Assembly: GCA_946612115.1 (NCBI GenBank) | Contig: CAMOEI010000001.1 | Coordinates: 40,813 to 104,812 of the forward strand | Length of the DNA: 64,000 nucleotides | Source: an uncultured Bacillales bacterium | GTDB lineage: Bacteria > Bacillota_I > Bacilli_A > RFN20 > CAG-826 | Reading direction: 5' to 3' | Part shown: in pieces, positions 39,018 through 47,525 of the stretch | Position numbering within the stretch: the stretch's first letter is position 1 | Layout of the letters: every line of letters starts with the position of its first letter | Notes under the pieces: model-generated | Seen by the model: the letters and a program-made list of their open reading frames with translations, nothing else | The model's database searches: none | What the model was told of the DNA's origin: nothing | Program-made: the position numbers and the translations under genes

Positions 39018-40652
39018 TTATTTGCTGAAGTCTACACCAAATAGTGAGCGGTCATCAGGACCAAGTTGTACTCTAGTGGCAAAATCAATAATTGCTTGGG
39101 CAGAAGAATCAAGATTCTTATTGCCGTCATAGACCATAAAGATTTGTTTGCCTTTTATTCCAGCATAGAGTTTTATAATTTCTTGCATTGAGTAGTCTTC
39201 AATTTGCTTTGATATAACGCTATCGTGAGCAAGGAGCGGAAGCTGGGATGTCATAAGTACAGCGATATCAAACATGATAAGAGCTCTTTGACTCGAACCA
39301 GTTCCTTCGTCATTAGGGATAGTAAAATAATACTTATTTAAATCGCTGAGTCTAATATTAGGAGCTTGTCTTCGTCCAGAATAGAAATTCCTATTTATCT
39401 CAGAAATTTTTCCATTAACAATATTTTGAACCTCAATTAAAGATGCTTTGCCTTCAGTGGCAAGCTTTTCCTGTTTCTTTCCTAGTGTTTCCTTGTTGTT
39501 TGAGTTTTCGACATAGAGTTCATTTTGCTTTGTAAGTCTTCTAACATCAGTTTCAAGTCTTAACATTTCTTGGAAAACAGCTTCAGGGACTGTCTTTTCA
39601 ATATGAACAATATTTTTATATTTGTCTTCAAGCTCTGTGATTTGTTCATCTAGTTTAGCTATGCTCTTTAAGGCTTTCTTTCTTTCATTTTCTGATTGCT
39701 CATTAAAAATGGAAGTAAGTTTTTGGTGGAAATCTTCAATGTCGGAAAGATGCTTGAATTCAAATCCAGGGAATATAAGTTTCAATTCTTCTAAATCACT
39801 TTCAAAGTCTTTGCTGCTTTTATTCTTGATTTTTTCAAGATTTTTTATTTGGTTTTCATATTGAGATTTAGTAGCTTTTAATGACTCGATAGCAGTAAGA
39901 AGAGTAACGGCTTCTTTGTTTTCTTGATAGTCCTTACTATAAGTGCCATCCAAGTATTGTTTTCTAAGTTCTCCCAATTTTTCGTTATATTCGTCAATTG
40001 TTTTTAGGTTCTTTTCGTATTTCTTTTTATCAATTTTTTCGACATATTTATAATCCGAAGATTTTTTAAAAGTAGAAATTTGATCCTCTAAGGTTTCAAT
40101 TTCTTCTTTCAAGGAATCTAGTTGCTTATGACTACCGAAAAGTTTCAAAAAGATTTCAATAGCTTTATCTTTTGGCTGTCTAAATGCAGCATTGATAGGA
40201 TACTTTTCGTTTGTAGTTTCTCTTTGATAAATTCTTAAATAAGGAGCTACCGCTTCTCTAAAGGTCAAATCATCACTGACTTTATATAAGTCATGAAGCT
40301 GCTTTAAATATTCATTGTTTGATAAAGTGGCCTCAATTTCTCCGCCATCATTATAAAAATAAACTTCTTCAGGATTATGCGTTCCCCTAGCATAGTGGTA
40401 TTCTTTTCCATCAAATTCAAAATATGCATGAATAAGGTGGTGTCCTATTTTGTTTACCGCGATATTGTTATGGAACTTATAATCATCTCCTCCAAGCATG
40501 AAATCAATAAGGAGAAGAAGTGTCGACTTACCAATGGAGTTTTTACTATCAGCGGTTCCTAAAACAACATTTAAGCCATCTTTGAAAGTAAAGGATTCTG
40601 GATTACCATTAGCATCTTTTCTAAATTTGTCACAACTCAGTTTAACTAACAT
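39018..40652 (-). CDS. SMC-like ABC ATPase with central coiled coil (LmuB / ABC-3C ATPase-like, DUF2326/DUF3732-type)
   Basis: 544 aa. N-terminal P-loop region GLNVVLGTADSKNSIGKSTLLLLIDFMLGG. About 230 aa of K/E-rich heptad sequence (LKEEIETLEDQISTFKK ... ITELEDKYKNIV). C-terminal GTGSSQRALIMFDIAVL (signature-like) and LPLLAHDSV (Walker B-like). AAGGGGGA SD; 11-nt overlap with the upstream gene. Confidence 0.75.
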   Translation of the reverse strand: MLVKLSCDKFRKDANGNPESFTFKDGLNVVLGTADSKNSIGKSTLLLLIDFMLGGDDYKFHNNIAVNKIGHHLIHAYFEFDGKEYHYARGTHNPEEVYFYNDGGEIEATLSNNEYLKQLHDLYKVSDDLTFREAVAPYLRIYQRETTNEKYPINAAFRQPKDKAIEIFLKLFGSHKQLDSLKEEIETLEDQISTFKKSSDYKYVEKIDKKKYEKNLKTIDEYNEKLGELRKQYLDGTYSKDYQENKEAVTLLTAIESLKATKSQYENQIKNLEKIKNKSSKDFESDLEELKLIFPGFEFKHLSDIEDFHQKLTSIFNEQSENERKKALKSIAKLDEQITELEDKYKNIVHIEKTVPEAVFQEMLRLETDVRRLTKQNELYVENSNNKETLGKKQEKLATEGKASLIEVQNIVNGKISEINRNFYSGRRQAPNIRLSDLNKYYFTIPNDEGTGSSQRALIMFDIAVLMTSQLPLLAHDSVISKQIEDYSMQEIIKLYAGIKGKQIFMVYDGNKNLDSSAQAIIDFATRVQLGPDDRSLFGVDFSK

Positions 40653-40866
40653 AGTGTAAGATTCCCCCTTTCAAAATTTCTATTTTCTTCAATGCATACA
40701 AGCAGTCTAATATGTCAATAAACTCATCGATTGGTATTTTGTTCATTTCTTTATCGGCTCTAAATTGTCTAATCGTCAAGTCTCCTTCCTGGAGCTTTTT
40801 TAGAACCTTAACAATGTATTTTAGTGATGAATCACTATACCTATTAAATTTACTAGGAAACTTCAT
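40642..40866 (-). CDS. small helical middle component of the three-gene system
   Basis: 74 aa from ATG 40866 (GAGGTG 8 nt upstream; track start GTG 40881 less likely). Predicted all-helical, wHTH-like length. Overlaps both neighbours (14 nt and 11 nt). Confidence 0.6.
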   Translation of the reverse strand: MKFPSKFNRYSDSSLKYIVKVLKKLQEGDLTIRQFRADKEMNKIPIDEFIDILDCLYALKKIEILKGGILHYVS

Positions 40867-41986
40867 GACCAAACACCTCACAATCTTGGATGAAATAACA
40901 AACCAAAATTAAACACTGCATATCAAAAGTGGCATATTCACTTGGATTCAATATTTCTCTTGAAATCCATTTCTTAATTTCGTCAATAATAAGCCTTTTA
41001 TCAGTTGTTGTGGTGGAAATAGCTTCGTAAGCATCTCTCACTGAAGAAAGAACGTTATTTAACTCGCTTGTTGATAAGTCTGTGTAAGAATTGAAATAAG
41101 TTTTAATCTTTGTGTAGTATTGGCTAGAGATGATGGAATAAATTTCATCATAATACTCAGTACCAAGTTTGGTTTCTATTGCAATCGGATCATAAAAAAT
41201 CTCTTTATCAACTTTAATGTGAGCTATTGAAGAATTTGATAATTTCTTAACGCATTCCTTAAGTTTTTCTGAAATTTCATAATTGTTTAATTCAGCTTTA
41301 ATTTCAGCTTTAAGGATAATCCCTCTTTTGATGTTGTAGAGGTCTACGATTTCATCTCGTTCAGCATTTGGAATCAAAGAGATAGCAACTTTATTAAAAG
41401 AACTCGATACTAATAAGCAGTTTTCATAATCGTCTTCGTTTTCAGGTTCTTTTATATTGAATGAACTAAAAAGTTCATCTTTAAGCTCTTGGCTAATACT
41501 TTTTTCATAAATATGAATGACTTTGTAAGTTGTTGAATCGTTTGGATTTAACTTTTTCCCTGTCATAGGACAAAGGCCATCAACTTCATTGCAAAGAAGA
41601 TTTATAAACTCAATATTTCTTTCGTCATTCATATAACAATAAGGAACTGAAAGAGCTCTTTCATACCAAGCCTTAAAATCATTAGAGTCGGTCACATCAT
41701 GATCGACTGTTTTTATTATGCTTATTAGTTTCTTTGCTAGAGCATATGCAAGAGGAAGCTTTAAAACGGAACCAGCAGTATAGCCAAATTCATTGGCTAT
41801 TCTTGAAAGTCTTCCGTCACTTAATTTTCCAACAAAATATTCAGTAGTTGATTCAATAGGATTTTCTTTCCTTAAAGGAAAAACCATAGAGGCGGTTAGC
41901 GTTTTGTTGACCATGAACTTAGAAGCATCGCCTTGTCTTGAAGGTGTAGAAAAATAAGGGCATCCGACAGCATCAAAAATTTCCAT
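40853..41986 (-). CDS. first gene of the three-gene system: putative effector/sensor, no recognisable catalytic domain
   Basis: 377 aa. C-terminal helical half ending FDMQCLILVCYFIQDCEVFG. N-terminal half has only a degenerate HNH-like string (CPMTGKKL..VIHIY ... ENCLLVSSSFNK). The open frame continues upstream to 42058, where AGGTGA precedes an in-frame ATC. Confidence 0.6.
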   Translation of the reverse strand: MEIFDAVGCPYFSTPSRQGDASKFMVNKTLTASMVFPLRKENPIESTTEYFVGKLSDGRLSRIANEFGYTAGSVLKLPLAYALAKKLISIIKTVDHDVTDSNDFKAWYERALSVPYCYMNDERNIEFINLLCNEVDGLCPMTGKKLNPNDSTTYKVIHIYEKSISQELKDELFSSFNIKEPENEDDYENCLLVSSSFNKVAISLIPNAERDEIVDLYNIKRGIILKAEIKAELNNYEISEKLKECVKKLSNSSIAHIKVDKEIFYDPIAIETKLGTEYYDEIYSIISSQYYTKIKTYFNSYTDLSTSELNNVLSSVRDAYEAISTTTTDKRLIIDEIKKWISREILNPSEYATFDMQCLILVCYFIQDCEVFGHEVS

Positions 41987-42410
41987 AACGAAAGGACCTG
42001 GCTGACAATCGATGCCATTTTTAGAATAAAAAGTTTCTAAGAATTCACGTAATAGGATAACAAATCACCTCTTTTTTCAACAAACTACTCGGAATTTTTT
42101 CCGAACAGTTGGAAGCTTGTCCATCTTTACTGAATCAAGCCGTCAACAAACCTATTATAAAATCAGTCTTCCCTTATTGTAGCACACGTTATAGCTACAA
42201 AAAGAGAGATTTCTATAGAAAGAAGTGCTGAAAACAGCAAAAACGATTGATGAGCATGCGTTGTAGACGTCAATCAAAACTATAGCAAACCAGCCTAATC
42301 TACAAAGGCTGTCTGCAAAACAAAATTAGCGGAGTAGCTAATTATGAAAAGCGGATAGTTTCTTTCAGGCTGCATTCATGATCCTCACTCCGCAATCGGA
42401 GGTAAGGAAA

Positions 42411-42962
42411 ATGAGTGAATACGTAGATTATTCAAAACCGTCAAAAGAAAGAACTTTTAAATATGCATTAGGTAGTTTCAAGAGCCATCCAATTTATCTA
42501 ACTCCTGAAATGGGAAGAAAGTTAATAAACATGGAAAGAAGAGTGCATCAAGCCCAAGAGAGACAAGAAAGATGCAAGATTCCATCTAAAAAATATGGAT
42601 TGGTTGTTTGTAGAGCTAAATGTAGTGAATGTCCTCTTCTTAGGATGGGAAAAACCATTTCTCTTACCGCATTTGAAGAATATGGCGATGAGCCAACGGA
42701 AGGAGAATTCGGTGAGATGCAAAGAAATGAAGATCCTAGAGAAATTATCAATAAAGAGGAACGTGATGCACGCATACATCAAATCTTTAACGAGATTGAT
42801 CCTTTAGCTTATGAGGTTTTGACTCTCAAATTTGTCGACAAGCTATCAATGGAAGAAATTTCAAAGATAGTAGGGATCAAAAGAACAACCCTAAATGACA
42901 AAGTTAAGAAATGGGTAGCAAAGCTAAAAGCTAAAGAATCCGATTTATTTGAAAACTTTTAA
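42411..42962 (+). CDS. sigma-70 region-4-like HTH regulator
   Basis: Start moved to ATG 42411 (GGAGGTAAGG upstream). C-terminus LAYEVLTLKFVDKLSMEEISKIVGIKRTTLNDKVKKW is a region-4-type HTH. Cys cluster CRAKCSEC upstream. Confidence 0.6.
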   Translation: MSEYVDYSKPSKERTFKYALGSFKSHPIYLTPEMGRKLINMERRVHQAQERQERCKIPSKKYGLVVCRAKCSECPLLRMGKTISLTAFEEYGDEPTEGEFGEMQRNEDPREIINKEERDARIHQIFNEIDPLAYEVLTLKFVDKLSMEEISKIVGIKRTTLNDKVKKWVAKLKAKESDLFENF

Positions 42963-43038
42963 GAAATTCCGTCAATTTCAACACTTACTGGTCCCTTTCC
43001 TACCAAGAGATAAGAACAGTCTCGGAAAGGAAGTAATC

Positions 43039-43326
43039 ATGAAAAAAGTTAATGTTCAAAAAGAACTCAACAACTTACTTGGAACATTCATGCTAATCGA
43101 AATGTTGGCGGATGATGCTGTTGAGCAAACGCAAAAACTTATCAAGTCTTTGCCAAAAGAAGGTAAAGAATCCTTCTCCACAAATCCAAGAAAAGAAACT
43201 GGTTGGGATGAAAATATTGAAATTCCTAGCGATGAAGAAATCGAAAAAGCATTTTCTGAAGTAGCTCAAGCATTCAAGAAATTCCTAGCCAATCCGTTAT
43301 TTGGAGGTAAGAAATGCCGCCAGTAA
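43039..43326 (+). CDS. hypothetical phage protein
   Basis: 95 aa from ATG 43039 (GGAAAGGAAG upstream); helical, acidic. Confidence 0.5.
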   Translation: MKKVNVQKELNNLLGTFMLIEMLADDAVEQTQKLIKSLPKEGKESFSTNPRKETGWDENIEIPSDEEIEKAFSEVAQAFKKFLANPLFGGKKCRQ

Positions 43327-44504
43327 CACATAGCAAAAAATATAGTCCATCTAAATCGTCAATTTGGACTAGATGTGCTTTAAGCACATTACTCAATCAA
43401 GGCGATGAATCTTATGGGGATGCCGCGATATTCGGAACGCAGTGTCATGAGTTAGGTCAAAAGCTCATTGAAAAAGCCTTAGGAATCACTAATTACGATG
43501 AAGAAGTTAAAGACATCGAAGAAGTGAAAAAAGGCTTAGACCATTATGACGATGATATGGAAAGTATCGCGAATAGCTATGCAGATTCAGTAGTGAAGCT
43601 ATTTGAATTCTACAAATCCATCTCATTTGAGAAGCCACTAATCTTCATTGAACAGCACATTGATACTGACTTCGATGAATCAAGTGGTGGAACTCTTGAC
43701 TTAGGACTCTATAGCGATGCCGATGGCGGAACAATCGTAGTGGAAGACCTAAAAACTGGAAGAAAACCAGTATCTGCAAAAGACCTAGAAAGAGGGGGAC
43801 CAAATAGCCAATTAGGTATTTATGCTCTCTATTTCTATGAATCAGTTATTAAGGATCTATATCCAGTTAAAAACGTAAGACTTATCATCCATCAACCGCT
43901 TATCGGCAACAACAATGAATACTCAATGAGTTTAGAAGAACTACTCAAATTTAAAGAAGAAATTCTTATACCAGCAGTTCTCAAAACGAAGGTTAGTAAT
44001 TTAGAAGCCAAAGCTGGTGCTCATTGTGAATATTGTGTTGGCCGTCATGTATGTCGCACATATCACGAAACTAATCAAAAAATTGGTGAAGAAATCTCTA
44101 AGCCAATAGACCAATTCACCGATGAAGAGATCGAAGCAATTATTCCAAAACTCGATGCCTTCATTAAATACGCTGAAGACCTAAAAGAGTATGCAACTAA
44201 AAAAGCTCAAGAAGGTCATAAGTGGAAGGGCTATAAGCTTGTCCCATCAAAGGTTACTAGAAAAATAACCAATGAAGAAAAAGTTAAAGAAATATTGGAG
44301 AATAACGGAATTTCTCCATTAAATCCTGGGAAATTACTGGGAATTACTGAAATTACAAAGAAGCTCGGAAAAGAGAAATTTAAAGAACTAATTTCTCCTT
44401 ACGTAGAGCTAGTTGAATCATCTTTAATCCTTGTCCCAGAAAGTGATCCTCGTAATGAGGCAGTTATCAATAAACCACAGGAGGAAAATAATCATGCAAA
44501 TTGA
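43314..44504 (+). CDS. PD-(D/E)XK nuclease, DUF2800/Cas4-like
   Basis: N-terminal SPSKSSIWTRCALS pattern, central DLGLY...VEDLKTGRK (D..E.K) and C-terminal Cys cluster HCEYCVGRHVCR, as in DUF2800 phage exonucleases. Confidence 0.7.
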   Translation: MPPVTHSKKYSPSKSSIWTRCALSTLLNQGDESYGDAAIFGTQCHELGQKLIEKALGITNYDEEVKDIEEVKKGLDHYDDDMESIANSYADSVVKLFEFYKSISFEKPLIFIEQHIDTDFDESSGGTLDLGLYSDADGGTIVVEDLKTGRKPVSAKDLERGGPNSQLGIYALYFYESVIKDLYPVKNVRLIIHQPLIGNNNEYSMSLEELLKFKEEILIPAVLKTKVSNLEAKAGAHCEYCVGRHVCRTYHETNQKIGEEISKPIDQFTDEEIEAIIPKLDAFIKYAEDLKEYATKKAQEGHKWKGYKLVPSKVTRKITNEEKVKEILENNGISPLNPGKLLGITEITKKLGKEKFKELISPYVELVESSLILVPESDPRNEAVINKPQEENNHAN

Positions 44505-45456
44505 AACTGGTATTCAAAATAAACCGCTTAGCCTCTTGCTCTATGGAGTGGAAGGCATCGGAAAATCAACACTCATCTCTAACGCTCCAGGAGTCTTATT
44601 CTTAGACACTGAAAACGGAACGATAAGAATTAATACTCGTAGGATAAAGATTGTAACTTGGGAAGACCTTCTCAACGCAGTCAAATACGTTAATGATAAT
44701 CCTACTATTTGTAAGACCTTGGCAATCGATACTGCTGACTGGGCTGAGATTAAAGCAATCCAATATGTCTGTCAAAAGAATCGCGTTGCTTCAATCGAAA
44801 ACATCCCATTTGGCAAAGGCTATTCATATGTAGCTGATGAGTTCTCAAATCTCTTAAAGCAATTGAATGCTCTTAAAGATAAGGGAATCAACATCGTCTT
44901 CATAGCACATGCCAAACCAAGAAAGTTCGAACTCCCAGAAGAAATGGGTTCATATGACCGCTATGAAATGAAGCTCTCAAAACAAGTGGCTCCATTGCTC
45001 AAAGAATGGTCTGATGCTCTCTTGTTCTGCAATTACAAAATCTTCGTGGTTACAACCGAAACAAATTCTAAAAAGGCTCAAGGTGGAAAAAGAGTTATTT
45101 ATACAACTCACTCACCAACTTATGATGCCAAGAATAGATTTGGACTCAAGGATGAGCTCGACTTAGATTTCAAAGAAATCTCTCATCTCTTTGCTGGTGA
45201 AGATGTTCCTACCGCTCCAGCGGTGGAAGAAGCACCAAAAGAAGAACAAGTAAGACCAACAGTAGCAAAAGTATTCGATTTACTCAAGGCAGCCAATATT
45301 GATGAAGCTGACCTTAGAAAACTAGTAGCGGCCAAAGGTCACTATAAAGAAGAAGTTGCTATCAAAGATTATAGCGATGACTTCATTACTCGCTGGATCA
45401 TCGCCAACTGGAAAAAGATCCAAGAAACAATCAACTCAAATAAGGAGGCTAAATAG
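44494..45456 (+). CDS. RecA-like AAA ATPase (AAA_24/Sak4-like)
   Basis: Start moved to ATG 44494 (GGAGGAAAATAATC upstream). Walker A LLLYGVEGIGKSTL, Walker B-like LAIDTADW. Confidence 0.75.
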   Translation: MQIETGIQNKPLSLLLYGVEGIGKSTLISNAPGVLFLDTENGTIRINTRRIKIVTWEDLLNAVKYVNDNPTICKTLAIDTADWAEIKAIQYVCQKNRVASIENIPFGKGYSYVADEFSNLLKQLNALKDKGINIVFIAHAKPRKFELPEEMGSYDRYEMKLSKQVAPLLKEWSDALLFCNYKIFVVTTETNSKKAQGGKRVIYTTHSPTYDAKNRFGLKDELDLDFKEISHLFAGEDVPTAPAVEEAPKEEQVRPTVAKVFDLLKAANIDEADLRKLVAAKGHYKEEVAIKDYSDDFITRWIIANWKKIQETINSNKEAK

Positions 45457-45458
45457 CC

Positions 45459-45917
45459 ATGGAAAATAACGTTAATCAAAACTTAGGATGGGACGATACC
45501 ATCGAACAAGATGGAGAAGAATATATTCTTCTTCCTGAAGGTGACTACAACTTTATCATCACCAACTTTGAAAGAGGCTCTTTCCCTGGTGGACAAAAGA
45601 TTCCACCTTGTAATAAAGCTAGCATTACCGCTCAAGTCATGACTGCTGATGGTGCTGCTAATGTAAAGTTCGACCTTCTCCTTCATAGAAGTGTTGAATG
45701 GAAACTCTCCGCTTTCTTCCGTTGCATCGGATTAAAGAAGAGTGGTGAAAAGCTTGTCATGGACTGGAACAAAGTTCTAGGTTCTCATGGAAGAGCCCAC
45801 TTCAAGCCAAGAAAATACACCAACACCTATGGTGAAGAAAAAGAAGTCAACGATCTCGATAGATTCATTGATTACGATGAAAAAAACTTCACCGAAGATG
45901 ACAAATTGCCATTCTAA
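45459..45917 (+). CDS. DUF669-like phage protein
   Basis: 152 aa. LPEGDYNFIITNFERG pattern and position between AAA_24 and helicase genes, as in DUF669 modules (family call from memory). Confidence 0.55.
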   Translation: MENNVNQNLGWDDTIEQDGEEYILLPEGDYNFIITNFERGSFPGGQKIPPCNKASITAQVMTADGAANVKFDLLLHRSVEWKLSAFFRCIGLKKSGEKLVMDWNKVLGSHGRAHFKPRKYTNTYGEEKEVNDLDRFIDYDEKNFTEDDKLPF

Positions 45918-45932
45918 GTGAGGTGACTGCTT

Positions 45933-47522
45933 ATGTACGATTTACGTCCATATCAAAAAGAAGCAGTCGAAGCCATTTGTAAAGAGTGGAGTGAGGGGCA
46001 TCAACACACGTTGTTGGTGCTCCCTACTGGCACTGGCAAAACAGTAGTATTTGCAAAAGTTGTGGAGCTCAAAGTAGGGGAAGGCAAAAGAGTTCTTATC
46101 TTAGCTCACCGAAATGAGCTCCTTGAACAAGCTAGCGATAAATTAAAAGCTGCATGTGGAATCGATACAGTCCTAGAAAAAGCGGAATCTAAATCCATTG
46201 GATCTTACCTTCCAGTAACTATTGGTTCTGTTCAAACTCTCTATAGAGAGAATAGGCTAACTCAATTTCCAAAAGACTATTTCGACATCATTATTGTTGA
46301 TGAAGCACATCATGCGATGAGTGATACCTATCAAAGAATATTAGAGTACTTCAATAAAGCTTTAGTTCTTGGGGTTACTGCAACACCAGATAGAGCGGAT
46401 AGAAAAAGCTTAGGTCAATATTTCGATTCTTTAGCTTACGAATATCCAATGAGAAAAGCAGTCAAAGAGGGATATTTGGCACCAATCAAAGCTCAAATGA
46501 TTCCTCTTAATCTTGATATCACAAATGTTGGAATCAGCAATGGTGACTATGCAGTTGGAGAAATCGGTTCAGCTTTGGAGCCTTATCTCAATCAAATTGC
46601 TAAGGAAATGCTTACTTATTGTCATGATCGCAAGACAGTTGTTTTCCTTCCTTTAATCAAAACTGCTCAAAGATTTTGTGAGCTATTAAATTCTTACGGA
46701 CTTAAAGCTTGCGAAGTAAATGGTGAAAGTTCTGATAGAGAAGAAAAGCTAAAAGCTTTTGAAAACGGAGAATACCAAGTTTTGTGTAATGCCATGCTCC
46801 TTACTGAAGGCTGGGATTGTCCTGATGTAGATTGCATTGTTGTTCTTAGACCTACTAAAGTTCGTTCTTTATATCAACAAATGGTTGGGAGAGGAATGCG
46901 ACTTGCTGAAGGGAAAACGGAATTATTACTTCTCGACTTTCTTTGGATGACCGAAAGACATGACTTATGTCATCCTTCATCCTTAATTGCTAAAACTGAA
47001 GAAGTAGCGGAAAGAATCAATCGAAAAGTTGCTGAAAATGCTGATGGTGTTGACCTTCTTGATAGTGAGGAAGAAGCGGAAAACGATGTTGTTCGTGAAA
47101 GAGAAGAAGCTCTCGCAAAACAACTTGAAGAAATGAAGAAACGTCAGAAGAGATTAGTTGATCCAATTCAATATGCTGTTTCTATTTCTGCGGAAGACTT
47201 AGTTAACTATGAGCCAACATTCGTTTGGGAACAAGGACCTGCAACCGAAAAGCAACTAGCTTTGCTAGAGAAGTGGGGAATTTGTCCTGATGAAGTTCCA
47301 AATGCTGGTATGGCTTCACTTCTTATTTCTCGATTATCATCTAGACAAGACCTAGGCTTAGCCACACCAAAACAAATCAAATGCCTTGAAAAATACGGCT
47401 TTATGCATGTTGGCACTTGGACTTTTGAAGAAGCCAGCAACATGATTACAAGAATTGCTAACTATAACTGGAAGATTCCTCATTGGTTTCACCCAGAAAC
47501 ATACATACCAAAGGAGAGCTAA
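45933..47522 (+). CDS. superfamily 2 DEAD/DEAH-box helicase
   Basis: Motif I LPTGTGKT, motif II VDEAHH, TATP, QMVGRGMR. C-terminal extension with two copies of an AT(E/P)KQ..LEK(W/Y)G motif. Confidence 0.85.
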   Translation: MYDLRPYQKEAVEAICKEWSEGHQHTLLVLPTGTGKTVVFAKVVELKVGEGKRVLILAHRNELLEQASDKLKAACGIDTVLEKAESKSIGSYLPVTIGSVQTLYRENRLTQFPKDYFDIIIVDEAHHAMSDTYQRILEYFNKALVLGVTATPDRADRKSLGQYFDSLAYEYPMRKAVKEGYLAPIKAQMIPLNLDITNVGISNGDYAVGEIGSALEPYLNQIAKEMLTYCHDRKTVVFLPLIKTAQRFCELLNSYGLKACEVNGESSDREEKLKAFENGEYQVLCNAMLLTEGWDCPDVDCIVVLRPTKVRSLYQQMVGRGMRLAEGKTELLLLDFLWMTERHDLCHPSSLIAKTEEVAERINRKVAENADGVDLLDSEEEAENDVVREREEALAKQLEEMKKRQKRLVDPIQYAVSISAEDLVNYEPTFVWEQGPATEKQLALLEKWGICPDEVPNAGMASLLISRLSSRQDLGLATPKQIKCLEKYGFMHVGTWTFEEASNMITRIANYNWKIPHWFHPETYIPKES

Positions 47523-47525
47523 TCT

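Noticed and set aside
33973-42410. Integrase, excisionase, transposase or cI/Cro-like genes next to the tRNA or at the prophage left end
   Set aside because: I read all listed ORFs in this interval. None shows tyrosine recombinase (R..HxxR..Y), serine recombinase, DDE transposase or short HTH repressor features, so no such feature is reported.
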